Assembly: GCF_001194135.2 (NCBI RefSeq)
Contig: NC_069006.1
Coordinates: 4,565,436 to 4,629,435, forward strand
Length of the DNA stretch: 64,000 bases
Source of the DNA: Octopus bimaculoides
Lineage: Eukaryota
Direction: 5' to 3'
Positions 42,165 through 55,906 of this stretch are shown in pieces; within the stretch, counting starts at the first letter, position 1; each line of letters begins with the position of its first letter. The translations under genes were made by a program, and so were the position numbers. The notes under the pieces are model-generated. The model did not search any database. It was not told where the DNA came from and worked only from the letters and a program-made list of their open reading frames with translations.

Positions 42165-43875
42165 ATTTTGATTTATATATATNNNNNNNNNNNNNNNNNN
42201 NNNNNNNNNNNNNNNNNNNNNNNNNNNNNNNNNNNNNNNNNNNNNNNNNNNNNNNNNNNNNNNNNNNNNNNNNNNNNNNNNNNNNNNNNNNNNNNNNNNN
42301 NNNNNNNNNNNNNNNNNNNNNNNNNNNNNNNNNNNNNNNNNNNNNNNNNNNNNNNNNNNNNNNNNNNNNNNNNNNNNNNNNNNNNNNNNNNNNNNNNNNN
42401 NNNNNNNNNNNNNNNNNNNNNNNNNNNNNNNNNNNNNNNNNNNNNNNNNNNNNNNNNNNNNNNNNNNNNNNNNNNNNNNNNNNNNNNNNNNNNNNNNNNN
42501 NNNNNNNNNNNNNNNNNNNNNNNNNNNNNNNNNNNNNNNNNNNNNNNNNNNNNNNNNNNNNNNNNNNNNNNNNNNNNNNNNNNNNNNNNNNNNNNNNNNN
42601 NNNNNNNNNNNNNNNNNNNNNNNNNNNNNNNNNNNNNNNNNNNNNNNNNNNNNNNNNNNNNNNNNNNNNNNNNNNNNNNNNNTCCAATAATTCTTATGTA
42701 GAATAAAAAAGATTTAAAAAAAAAAGAAATGAAAAATAACAATAGGGATGATTTCATCTACTCAATAAATAAGACAAGCAAAGTCTTCCTGCATTGATGA
42801 ATCTCACAGTTTATTGTTCCAAAGAAATTTATAAATGACTGAGGAAAGATTTAAAATATTTAATAAAAAATATAAAACTGGAGTCTATTCTTGGTTTTTG
42901 CTTTCAATAATTTGTTGTGTTTGGCGGCGAGCTGGCAGAAATGTTAGCATGCCAGGCAAAATGCTTAGCGGTATTTCGTCTGTCTTTACGTTCTGTGGCT
43001 CTCTCTCCTAAAATTTTGGACCTTGTTCCTAGATTAGAAATGAATAATTTGTTGTATTTAAGACAGGACAATGGTTGAAGTTGATGCAAAAAGTGATGGT
43101 TTAACCCTTCTGATACCATTCTGTCTGAGATCAGCCCTAGTTCTATGATGCAAATCTCCTGTTTTCAAGTGACTTTAATTAAAACCGTCCATCAAAATTT
43201 CATGTTAATTTATGTTTTAAACACTGGTTTAATAACGACAAAGTTATCTTATTAAATTATTCATTATTTTAAAAATTAATTGAAACAAAGACAGTATATT
43301 TCAATGGAAATATGGTAACAAAAGGGTTAAAGTAATCTAAATTTAAACTGTTCATCAAAATTTCATGTTAGTTTATGTTCCAAACACTGGTTTAATAATC
43401 ACAAAGTTATTTTATTAAATTATTCATTATTTTAAGAATTGATTGAAACAAGAACAGTGTATTTCAACAAAAATATGGTAACAAATGGATTAATGATTGT
43501 CTCTGTCATGTTTGGAATGTCTTTTGAATTAGAGCAATCTGTCGGTGTTTAGTGGGATATCAGGGTTTGTCATTCTTGGTAAAAGGGGATTCATAATATT
43601 AGGAAAAATCACTGCGAAACAAACAGAAGACTTTGGTGAAATGATTGAGAAATGAGTCTGAGAGAAGCTCAAAGCAACAGACGGAGTCGTGTATGGGTTA
43701 GTAACTTTACTGATTAGCAGGCCAGATGTGCTGCCCTTGTTATAAATATATATATGTGTAAGTAAGTGAGTCTTCTGGAGAGAAAAGTCACGGTTTTGAA
43801 GAGGAGTTACTATCAGCATGCAACATGAAGATGAATATAACATGAGCAATGGTATATATGCATGTGTGTGTGTGT

Positions 43876-44098
43876 GTCAACAGATGAGATCCAGAGATTC
43901 CCGTTATAGAAAACACTTAGCAACACTCAAATGATTTGACTCTGATGTCTTTAAGAATGGCTATGAAAGGAATCCAGGTTTATACAGCCATTCTTTAAGC
44001 CTGCAAAATTGGTCCTTTGTAAAGACATCAGAGTGAAACCATTTGAGTGCTGGTAAGTGTTTTCTATAACGGGAATCTCTGGATCTCATCTGTTGACA
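43876..44098. mobile_element. Fold-back MITE (~75-bp arms)
   Basis: gtcaacagatgagatccagagattcccgttatagaaaacactta / taagtgttttctataacgggaatctctggatctcatctgttgac. Confidence 0.8.
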
Positions 44099-45575
44099 CA
44101 CACTTTCTGGCACTTGTGCCCGCGGCATGTGTAAGGACTTTCAAGCGAGATCGTTGCCAGTGCCCCTGGACTGGCTCTTGTGCGGGTGGCACATAAAATA
44201 CACCATTTTGAGCGTGGTCGTTGCCAGTACCGCCTGACTGGCCTTCGTGCGGGTGACATGTAAAAGCACCCACTACACTCTGAGTGGTTGGCGTTAGGAA
44301 GGGCATCCAGCTGTAGAAACTCGGACAAATCAGATTGGAGCCTGGTGTAGCCATCTGGTTTCACCAGTCCTCAGTCAAATTGTCCAACCCATGCTAGCAT
44401 GGAAAGCGGACGTTAAACAACGATNNNNNNNNNNNNNNNNNNNNNNNNNNNNNNNNNNNNNNNNNNNNNNNNNNNNNNNNNNNNNNNNNNNNNNNNNNNN
44501 NNNNNNNNNNNNNNNNNNNNNNNNNNNNNNNNNNNNNNNNNNNNNNNNNNNNNNNNNNNNNNNNNNNNNNNNNNNNNNNNNNNNNNNNNNNNNNNNNNNN
44601 NNNNNNNNNNNNNNNNNNNNNNNNNNNNNNNNNNNNNNNNNNNNNNNNNNNNNNNNNNNNNNNNNNNNNNNNNNNNNNNNNNNNNNNNNNNNNNCGAGGG
44701 TATTCTACTATAGTTCTATACCGATTTGTGCCTTGTGAGAGAATTTGGTAGACGGAAACTGTGAGAAAGCTTGCTGTATGTATTTGTGTTTCTCTCTATC
44801 ACTCTGCTTTACATCCGGTCTTGGTTTGTTCAGCAGTTCTGCAAAAAAGACTAATAGAAAAAGTAAAAAACTTTTAAAAAAAAAAATGTATGGAGGTCAG
44901 TTTGTTTTTCTAAAACTTGTCAAAGAGGTGCCCCGGCATGGCAGCTGTCCAATTGTTGAAATCAGTAAAAGGTTAAAGAAAAAGGATAGAATCAGATAGA
45001 CAATTCCTCTGAATAAAAATGGTTTGACAAAATCTCTGGAAGCCTGTCATCTGTTTTGTGCCTGTTCCAAACAAAAGTCTCAGTCTTGTAATATACTCTG
45101 CCATGGTTCCTTCTACCCAAGAATTTCAGTAAGGGTACAGTAAAGAATCGGCATTGCTATCATACAAGCGATGGGGTTCATTTCCATTCTTCTGCAGAAG
45201 CACATCTTGTTGAAGGGAAATAAAACCTAGTTTAGAATCAGGTGAGGGTAGGTGACAGTAAGGGTATCCAGTGGTTGAAAATCTGTCTTGAATAATCCTA
45301 TCTCATCCATGTAAACATAGAAATGGGAATGGTAAAATTATGATACATATATGGATGTGTGTATGTGCACATGTGTGTGTGTGTGTGTGAGCCTAAAATG
45401 GTAATACACAGTATACATAATAAATATACAGATAATATATACCTAAAAATGTATGTATGTATGTGCATGTGTGTGTGTATGAATATGTGGTGAGGTGTAT
45501 GTATGTGTGTGTTACACCTGTTTGTTTTTCCCCTCACCTGTCTCTTTTGTTTTCTGTACACATGAAACATTCTTT

Positions 45576-45644
<69 letters not shown>

Positions 45645-45698
45645 CATATATATATATATATATGATGCAATTGTGTATATATCTATATCTATATATAT

Positions 45699-45732
<34 letters not shown>

Positions 45733-46914
45733 GATACAATTGTGAGTCACCTGAAGATTGCAGTTGAGAAACTTTGAAGAGTGACTCATGCTGACTCACC
45801 TGTAAATATTAATCCATTCTCACAATCAGCTTTGAGTACTTTTTTATAGCTAATTGCTAGGCACACCTGTGTGAAGACATAGTCATATATTTATATTGTG
45901 TGTGTGTGTGTGTGTGCATGCATATATATATATATATATATATACACATACACACACGTATCAACACAGGTGAAGGTGTGGCTGTGTGGTAAGAAGCCTG
46001 CTTCTCCCAACCACATGTTTCTGGATTTAATCCCACTGTGTGGCACCTTGGGCAAGTGTTTTTTACTATANNNNNNNNNNNNNNNNNNNNNNNNNNNNNN
46101 NNNNNNNNNNNNNNNNNNNNNNNNNNNNNNNNNNNNNNNNNNNNNNNNNNNNNNNNNNNNNNNNNNNNNNNNNNNNNNNNNNNNNNNNNNNNNNNNNNNN
46201 NNNNNNNNNNNNNNNNNNNNNNNNNNNNNNNNNNNNNNNNNNNNNNNNNNNNNNNNNNNNNNNNNNNNNNNNNNNNNNNNNNNNNNNNNNNNNNNNNNNN
46301 NNNNNNNNNNNNNNNNNNNNNNNNNNNNNNNNNNNNNNNNNNNNNNNNNNNNNNNNNNNNNNNNNNNNNNNNNNNNNNNNNNNNNNNNNNNNNNNNNNNN
46401 NNNNNNNNNNNNNNNNNNNNNNNNNNNNNNNNNNNNNNNNNNNNNNNNNNNNNNNNNNNNNNNNNNNNNNNNNNNNNNNNNNNNNNNNNNNNNNNNNNNN
46501 NNNNNNNNNNATATATATATATATATATATTCATTGGGCTGCATGGAGGCAGTGACAGGTGACCGAGACCTTTGGCAATATCCCATGTATTTGTAGACCT
46601 GTCAAACCAGGTGAGATCATAGCCATGGCCGATGCCAGTGCCATGTCAATGGCATCCACACCAGTTGCATGTAAAAATAAGCCACTACACTCTTGGAGTG
46701 GTTGACATCAGGAAGGGCGTCCAGCCATAGGAAACGTGCCAAATCAGATTGGAACCTGGTGAAGCTCTTCAGCTTACCAGTTCCAGTCAAAGCATCCAAC
46801 CCATGCCAGTAGGGAAAGCAGACGTTAAATGATGATCTTGATGTATTTGTGCGAGTGTAACTTCCTAGGTGCAATCCCATGGTCAGTCATGACCCAAGGG
46901 AGTCTCAGCATATA

Positions 46915-48792
46915 TCTTATATATGTAAAGCTGAAGTTTTCTGTGCATGTGTGTGGACAATTTTTTACGACCGTAATTATCTTCTGAACCTTTCATCCGA
47001 TTTCGTTGAAATTTTATACAGAGCTTCATCTACCACCCAACAAGGGCCGCATCTACTTATTTTCCCTAAAATCGATATTGGGGTCTGTTGAGCAGTGCGA
47101 GAACTGAGATGAGTTGTACTCACATGTGAGCTTTACTCAATCAGCTGTTAAGTGCATGCAAAGATTGCACGAAAATGCTGCCGTAATTAGGCATGAAAAC
47201 AAGATGGTTTTTTTTATTGCTGGGCATAAACGTTTTCTTAAACAAATGTTGAAAAGATTTTTTTTACATTGGTCGTTAACGTTAGGGCGGTCATTTTGTT
47301 ATCTTATATAGTCGACAATTTTTTAGAGGAATAATAATATTAAATGTATCTTTTTTTTTAGTTGATAATAACTTTCCATGGCGCTAAAAAAACGTGCATT
47401 ATTCACCAAAATTATTTGTAGAAAATAATGCAGGGTAGTTCGAACTTGAGTATCAGCTATGAAAAACGAAAGCCTCATCACACTTATTGTATTTCGTTTT
47501 TATTGGATTCCTGTTTACGAACGTAAGGCGTTGTTTCAGTAAGTAAACCTGTCAATTGTTCGCTCGCCAAGATTTGAGTAAATTAATGGAGTTATTTCCG
47601 AAATGTTTAACCGTCTAAGGTAAGGTCTTAAAGCACTAATCTATATTGGTTCTTTCAACTTATACTTAGGCCGTCCGTTGGAGTCGGAGAGCTTACAAAT
47701 TTAATTTCTAGCTATAGTCTTTAATTTTTTGCTTCACATTGTCTTTGTTTTTCAGTGCTTTGGTTTCCGAACACTTTGGGTTCGATTTAAAAACTTTTGT
47801 TCTCATAATTTATGACAACTTGTATTTTCTTTCGTTTGTACAATTTGACACCTGTTCTAGCGATTCTACCTTATGCACTACCGATTGCATGAATTAATTT
47901 AACAAGTGCATCGATGCGAATCTATCTTAAGATAGTTTTACCTGCAACAATAACAAACTCATCTTGAAGTTGTAAAATTTTTGTTTTCACTCGAATTTAT
48001 TTTCACTCTTTGCACTTGAAACAAAAGGTACGTTTCCTTGAGATTATTATTTTGTATATTTCACAACCAACAATTCCTAAACTATTTCTATGTTAAGTTT
48101 AACATTCGACTTTGCACTATTTATCGTTTTGCTCATGATGTTAATACTTGAAAATATGTCGTTACGTTAACAATATTACAGAAAAGTTCATTTAAAGGGT
48201 TGGTCTCTACATCGAAGACTTTAAAATATTCTGCTTTTGGTCTTTTTGACCACCATCGGTCCCATGATTTTATGACGGAATATTTTGTGAGGTTATATTT
48301 TCATTTTATACCACCCGGTATAAAATGATTCTGTTTCGGTTCTGGTATATAACTTACTGATTAACTTACAACACTCTGTGCCTTTAAAAGGTTATACCAC
48401 TAAAAACACTTCAAAATATTTCTTAGAGTTATCCCGATGCGGTTAGGGCAAAACAGCTTCGAGCTAATGAAACCGAGGAGCAGAGGACAACTAGGTTATC
48501 CAGATGAGCTGCCGACAGCGCAAGACTCAATAATTTGCAATCATCACATCGAAACTCAGCAGGAAAACTTGCAGCCCGTGGGGCAAAAAACGCGCAAATT
48601 ACTGCTGCTTCACAATCAAATGAATCTACAGGGGAGCGTGCATTTTGGTTAGCGCTGAATGCGGCCCCGACTGCTGCCCCAAGAGCTACCGAGACACCTG
48701 ACCAGCGCACATCTCGTACGACACGCAGTGTTGCCGCAAGGTTAACGAGCTGATTCAAGAGCAACCGTCGAAAGGACGGTTACTTTAGCTAG
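46915..48792 (+). mobile_element. Non-autonomous Helitron, both termini present, with STPR-like repeat ORF remnant (48427-48753)
   Basis: 5' A|TCTTATATATGTAAAGCTGAAG. 3' hairpin AACCGTC-gaaag-GACGGTT (48763-48781), then CTAG|T. No TSD. Frame reads RANETEEQRTTRLSR*...NESTGERAFWL...RATETPDQRTSR. Confidence 0.8.
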
Positions 48793-48798
48793 TATACA

Positions 48799-48830
<32 letters not shown>

Positions 48831-49012
48831 ATAGTATTCGCATTCTGAAGCGATTTACTTAAACCGGTAAATTGAAATGATCGTAAATGCTACCCTCGTC
48901 TCTGCTTCTTCCTTCTTTGTTATCTAATTAAATTAAAGACATACCAGCGAAAACCACTAGTTTCCCATTGTTATTATATCCATTTTCTTCTCATATTTAT
49001 ATATATAATGTG

Positions 49013-51193
49013 CACTATGTTTCTTTTTATTATGCAGGTCAATCATTCCTCAATAAAATCAAAACCCCTTCTCCGATTAAAAAAAAAAATTTTACGAGAT
49101 ATGTAGGATTATGTATCCCATGTCTTATGAACTGTTCGCCTAAATTGGTGAACGTTTAAAGCAGAAATGATGCAAAAACACGTTTATAGGGTGTTTCTTT
49201 TTATTATGTAAGTTAACAAATATTATATAAACTATATGTAATGTGATTTACATTTCAGACCGTTAATATATACATGTCTTCCAATTATATTTACAAACAA
49301 TCATGTATATATTTTACATCTTTATATAGCCTCTTTTACGATCTATAACTTTAAATATTCTCTTATCGACTGATTTTGTCAATTTCTCAACAATCTCACT
49401 TTTAATATTACTTACAGCAGTTTTTATTGCTTCCCATAGTGAATCCTTGTTTGGATATTGTTTACCATTAGAATATACATCTTTTTTTAATAATTGACCA
49501 CCAATTCTCTATTGGGTTTAGATCTGGAAATTGTGGAGCGGGATGTGTGCATTCCATTATCTTATGTTCTTTAAAACCTTTCTAAGCTAAATGGTTAATA
49601 GTGAGTGTGGCAGAGTGTGAAGGCGTATTATCATGCATAAATATGCTCTTTAACTTGAAACTTCCTGATGTTGACTTGTACCAATGGAAGAAGTTGTCAT
49701 CTAGAAATTTGCAATAATTTTCAGCTTTTATTTCCACTNNNNNNNNNNNNNNNNNNNNNNNNNNNNNNNNNNNNNNNNNNNNNNNNNNNNNNNNNNNNNN
49801 NNNNNNNGTGAAATTAACGTGCAAGTGGCTGAGCACTCCACAGACATGTGTACCCTTAACATAGTTCTCGGGGATATTCAGCGTGACACAGTGTGACAAG
49901 GCTGGTCCCTTTGAAATACAGGCACAACAGAAACAGGAAGAAAAAGTGAGAGAAAGTTGTGGTGAAAGAGTACAGCAGGGTTCGCCACCATTGTCTGCCG
50001 GAGCCTCGTGGAGCTTTAGTTGTTTTCGCTCAATAAACACTCACAACGCCCGGTCTGGGAATCGAAACCGCAATCCTACGACCGCGAGTCCGCTGCCCTA
50101 ACCACTGAGCCATTGCGCCTCCACAAATGGCTCCTCCAACTATACCAGCCCGAAACATCATTCCTCCACCTGTCTTCTTAATCGTGTTAGTTGACTTTTT
50201 CCATGTAACACCCAGCCTCTTGCCCATCCACCAGGTCCATCTAATGTTGCTCTGCAGTCGTCAGTAAAAATTGCATTTGTAAAGTCTGTCTTCAAATATC
50301 TTTATTGACCACGTCACCCTTTCTTCTTTGTGTAATTTATTTAAAGGAAGCAATTTTGTGAAATTAATGACTTCACCTCTTTCTTTTAGGATCGTGCAAC
50401 GCTTTCTTCCTTTGTATGTTAGAGATTCCTGATTCTTCAAAGACTTGGTTAACCCACTTCCGGTCTGGCTTCACCTCTGTTTGCCTCACCCCTCACCACA
50501 TAGCTCGTCACAGCCCAAACACCACATAATGCTTTCCAGTTTTCTCTTATCTCCATTTGTGATGTTCCTGAAACCTGTTTTCTTCCTTATTCTAACTCCC
50601 TCAATATTTTGTACCTGTTTTTGTTTTTTTTATTCTTGTTCTGTTGTGTCTGGGGAGAGTCATTTTCTTATTGTGCCTTGAAATTTAACACACTCACCGT
50701 TAAAATTTCCACTTATTTCTTATTTTTATTTTCCTAAAATTTTCAGTGCGTCTTGAAACCCTATCAATAGTCTTTGACTGTCCGTTATTTACGCTGTGTT
50801 CTGTTTTTGCTTTTGTTTCTTGTTCTGTTATCTCTATTTAGCTTTTTAGAAATTACAATTGTTGTATCCTCTTCTCCCAATAGTTTCACTATGTATTCCT
50901 TCTCCTTTGATGTTATTTCTTTACTTCGAGCCATTTCTATATTTCTTGTATCTGAAACTAAGAAAAAAAAACCTTTCAAAATCACATATCTGCATAGGGG
51001 AAAGCAGTATCTTGTTAACTTGCATAATAACAAGAAACACCCCATAAACATATTTTTCTTCATTAGACGAAAAGTACAGTAGACTTGGGATACATAATCC
51101 TACATATCCTGTAAAAAATTTGAAGAAAATCAGACGAGGGGTTTTGATTTTATTGAGAAATGATTGACCTGCATAATAAAAGGAAACTGTGTG
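49013..51193 (-). mobile_element. Decayed full-length Tc1-like transposon of TRT/DD37E type, with nested SINE C (49807-50125) and a second insertion (~50450-50780)
   Basis: ~200-bp TIRs with IR/DR ttattatgcagg/ttattatg.aagtt. Transposase pieces MARSKEITSKEKEYIVKLL, FTDDCRATLDGPGGWARGW, GGGMMFRAGI, IFMHDNTPSHSA, PDLNPIENW, LWEAI..GYIKM*. Confidence 0.92.
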
Positions 51194-51531
51194 TATATAT
51201 ATACAAGAAAACTTTTCCCTCACCCTACCCCAATAAACCAATCTACATCTCTTCTCTTCCTCACATTTCCTCCTTCATAACACCATGTCTAGCTCTCATT
51301 CCCCAATCCTGTCCTTACGGCCCTGTTTCTTTGTATCATTGCTATCCGGTAGCCCCCACCCACTCTATACATCCAGGTTTTCACCACTCACTTCCTCTCC
51401 CCACTCTCTAATCACACTTCTTTCGCGATATCCTGCTGTTTATATTATGACCTTTGAACCTCAAAGGTGTGGCCCTGGCACTTGCCACCATCTGCATCTC
51501 TCTCTACCTTTATTTAACTCGACCGTCCCAC

Positions 51532-52168
51532 GGATCTATTTTAAAACGGGGGCGCCAGTTTTCATTTATGTTTTATGTAGTGTTTTTGGTACGGAAAGAC
51601 TTTCAAACTTCGTATACTTATCTATTTTGTGTTATAGAACAGAAAAATATTTTTGTATTCGAATTTATTTCATGTAAAAAATTGTCTTATTTCGATAATT
51701 TCTACTAATCACTGACGTCTATTCAGTTGAAAACAGGTAGCGCTGTAACGGTGTATATCGTATTAATCCACTAACCCTAACCCTAAAACTAAAACTAAAA
51801 CTAACCCTAACTCTAGAATCCGAACTCTAAAATTGTTACACACATAGATACGCACAGCGTAATTTATTATATAAACAATATATGCGTATAAATTACGATT
51901 AAACCGGATGAAATATGTCACAGGGAATAACATTTTTATGACCGCCCAGCAGTAAGTCTATTGAGCTGAATAGACGTCAGTGATTGGTTGAAATTACAGA
52001 AATACGACAACTTTAACATGGAATAACTTGCGAATTCCTTTTTTTTGTTAAGAAGACTAAGAGTAAAAGATGTTTTATATGACACATTCTACCAGTGTCC
52101 CAAGTTTCAAAGTGTTTCGTTAGTGTTTCGTTAAGAAAATACTGGCGCCCCCGTTTTAAAATAGATCC
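51532..52168. mobile_element. Merlin-like non-autonomous TIR element (copy 2) with internal telomere-like (CCCTAA/ACTAAA)n
   Basis: TIR GGATCTATTTTAAAACGGGGGCGCCAGT at both ends. Exact 8-bp TSD CGTCCCAC at 51524-51531 and 52169-52176. Confidence 0.8.
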
Positions 52169-53226
52169 CGTCCCACTTATATTCTGATCCCATCCCATTC
52201 TTTTATTCTGATCTCCGTCCCTTGTGAGTATGTCAGGCACTTTGCCACCCTCACTATCTCACTGTCTCCCACTCTCTCTCTCTCTCTCTCTCCTTCTCCT
52301 GCTCTTCTCTCAGGTCGGGTAACCATCTATCTCATTTGCCACAGCACACCTCTTTCTGTCTTCATTCCTGATATTTCACTCTCTCCCCTCTCTCTCTCCC
52401 CCAATCTCTCTTTGGTCGGGTAACCTTGTACCTCCTCCACAGCAAGACACCTGTTTCTGTCTCTCTGTCTCACTATAACCTTTCATTGTCTGTCTCAAGA
52501 TCACATCCTCCAATCCTCCCTCCCCTCTCAAAAGATTTTTGTCTTGCACGTTATTTAGTGACCCTATCAGTGCAGGTGCCACTTAAAAAACATCTAGTCC
52601 ACACTGTAAAATGGTTGACGTTTGGAAGGGCATCCAGCTGTAAAAACCTTGCAAAAACTGACCTGGCATGTGCCACGTAAGATGTCCACTCTGCAGGAGG
52701 GGTATCAAGCTGAAAAGACCTGCCAAAACAGTCACAGAAGTTTGGTGCAGGCTTCTGCCTGGCCGGCTCCTGTTAAACCATCCCACCCATGCCAACATGG
52801 AAGGTGGATGTTAAACGATGGTGATGATGATGATGATGATGCTGATGATAATGGTGATGATGACGCTGACGATGATGTATATATGATGAGCTCCTCTCAG
52901 TTTTGTTTACCAAATCCATTCACAAGGCTTTGTTGAGCCTGAGGCTATAGTAGAAGGCACAGGCCCAAGGTGCCTCACAGTGCAACTGAACCCGGAACCA
53001 TGTGGTTGGGAAGCAAGCTTCTTACCAAGTTTTCTGAAGACTGCAATTCAAGAGTGTAGATAGCCTTGAGATTGAGTTGCGTGTTTCATTGGAAATACCC
53101 CATCTTTCCATCCTTCCAGGACCTACATATATATACATATAGTATATATATATGAATTTGAACTAAACTGTTTTGATCTGTACATGTAACCCCCATGTGC
53201 CTTTCTTTCGTTTGTCCACTCACTCA

Positions 53227-53260
<34 letters not shown>

Positions 53261-53502
53261 NNNNNNNNNNNNNNNNNNNNNNNNNNNNNNNNNNNNNNNN
53301 NNNNNNNNNNNNNNNNNNNNTATGTATTTATTTTCTCCTAGTAATAAATAACTCGGATAAAATAAATTAGTTAATAGATACCAGAGTAGCAAAGATCACA
53401 AAATAACTGTGGTGTAACTCCTGTTTATGAGGTAGAAACTCCTTGATATTTTGGGTATTTGAGTATGCAGTTATAATATGCGTTTACTCCATTCGTTAAA
53501 TT

Positions 53503-53539
<37 letters not shown>

Positions 53540-54083
53540 TTATTTAGAATTTATATATATATATATAGTTGGAATTTACAAAAAAAAAAAAAAAGACGAA
53601 GACAGGTGTATAAACAACAAACAGATGTATTAGTTTAACGCTCAAGAAGGTGAGAAAGTCTTTTACGTTTCGAGCCTACGCTCTTCAACAGAAAGGAACA
53701 TGAGAAAATAAACAGAGAGAAGATGTATATTTTAAATAATTGATAGGGAAAACAGAGCAAGCTTTATTTAGCATGATGATCTTACATCTGCACTGCTAGC
53801 TAGTGGGTGGGGAATGGTATAATAGAAGAAACCTCATTATGTTACATAATATATTACAGTATTATAACCTTTTTGCATTTCATTACGGTGTGTAGCTGGA
53901 TATTGTTGGTATGATGTGTGTGTTTACAGTAGTTTACAAATCCATTAATCCAAAGTGCAGCACTGTGGATGATGCCTGGTAGCTGTATGTGGTGAATGTG
54001 CTGTGAAGGTTTCCTACTAGGAAATACCCAAAACAAGGTTTGGGTTCCACATTTTAAAGTCTCCTATCTAAACACTCTTATTT

Positions 54084-54125
<42 letters not shown>

Positions 54126-55113
54126 CGCAGGAATGGCTGTGTGGTAAGTAGCTTGCTTACCAACATGGTTCTGGGTTCATTCCCACTGCGTGACACCTTG
54201 GGCAAGTGTCTTCTACTATAGCCTCATGCCGACCAAAGCCTTGTGAGTGGACTTGGTAGACGGAAACTAAAAGAAGCCTGTCGTATATATGTGTTACCTT
54301 AATCCCCTGAGATTGCAGATAATATTTCTGAATCTCTTTGATTCTTTAGATGTGCTGGCCTACNNNNNNNNNNNNNNNNNNNNNNNNNNNNNNNNNNNNN
54401 NNNNNNNNNNNNNNNNNNNNNNNNNNNNNNNNNNNNNNNNNNNNNNNNNNNNNNNNNNNNNNNNNNNNNNNNNNNNNNNNNNNNNNNNNNNNNNNNNNNN
54501 NNNNNNNNNNNNNNNNNNNNNNNNNNNNNNNNNNNNNNNNNNNNNNNNNNNNNNNNNNNNNNNNNNNNNNNNNNNNNCAAAGAGTAAGTCCTGGGGTAGA
54601 TTTGCTTGACTAAAGGCGGTGCTCCATCATGGCCACAGTCAAATGACTGAAACAAGTAAAAGAGTATATGTATGTATATATATATATGTGAATATATTTT
54701 TTATTTTCATTTCATTTTATCTAGTTTCAGCTCATGAGCTGTGGCCATGCTGGGGCACATATATATATGTGTGTGTGTGTGTATGTATGTATGTATATGC
54801 ATGTATATATATATGTATGTGTGTGTGTGTGTGTGATCTTCTGAATATGTGTAGTTCTATGTATCTATTTATCTCTCTGTGTATTTATGCATATCAATAT
54901 TTGTATATACACGGATGTTTACAAATGTTTATATATGTCAAACCTAATCATGTTTATCTGCCTCACTATCTCCATATCAGCTCACCTAGATATCTTGCAC
55001 AGCCACTTTTGACCCCATGGATCTAGTCCTTGATAAAGATTTCAACGTTTAAATCATTCGAGCATTACATGTATTCTATATTCAGCATGTCTCGTTCTCA
55101 CCTTTTGACTGTT

Positions 55114-55147
<34 letters not shown>

Positions 55148-55264
55148 GCAGAGTAAACACATGAATGTGAAACATGGTGGTAAAATTAGTACTCAAATAC
55201 CAGATGTAGAGTAATATGCTTCATTAAAAAGCAGCAAAAATATCACAAAAACTGTTACTCAGAG

Positions 55265-55560
55265 TTTCACATGCATCTCATACCCAAATCTTCAGTGATA
55301 ATAGACTGCACTGAACCGTAACTAATTTGCACATCCTCTAATAACTCAGGGATAGTGATTTAACGATTTCTCATCACAGCTGCACGCACATCTGCGATGT
55401 TTCCTTCTGTTCTGCTGGTTGCTGGTCTCCCAGAAAGCTCATCAATATTGACATTTTTTTGGCCATCTTGGAAACGGGTGAACCATTCGTACACTTGTGT
55501 GTGGCTCATACACTCCTCTCCGTACACTTTCTATAACTTTGCGTAGGCCTCTGAGCATGT
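55265..55560 (-). mobile_element. mariner transposase N-terminal (HTH) fragment, pseudogenised
   Basis: KVYGEECMSHTQVYEWFTRFQDG..DELSGRPATSRTEGNIADVRAAV..TEDLGMR with stops and a frameshift. Confidence 0.85.
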
Positions 55561-55800
55561 ATTGCCACGACAACTTTCCTTGCCAAGGTCAGTGTCACGA
55601 TCACACACTACACACCTTCCTTCCAAGCACTGCTGTAAGCAGCAGAAGTGAGCTGGAACATTAAAACTAAGTGCACATGCACAGCAGAGTTCAAGGTCAG
55701 TCTGTGCCAAGTGGCTTCACTCTGTGTGCTTTAGGTTCATTACTATAGCAACAGTCCAGATACTTATTGATCAGACCTCAAATATTTATATATGTATGTG

Positions 55801-55906
<106 letters not shown>

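Noticed and set aside
43529-43849. 106-aa minus ORF in unique-looking sequence
   Set aside because: Contains a (TA)n stretch, has no recognisable motif and no consistent splice partners; possibly an old LINE remnant.
44990-45105. Minus-strand MAEYITRLRLLFGTGTKQM, resembling an ARF N-terminus
   Set aside because: Wrong strand and downstream of the ARF gene; no G1 motif or suitable donor follows.
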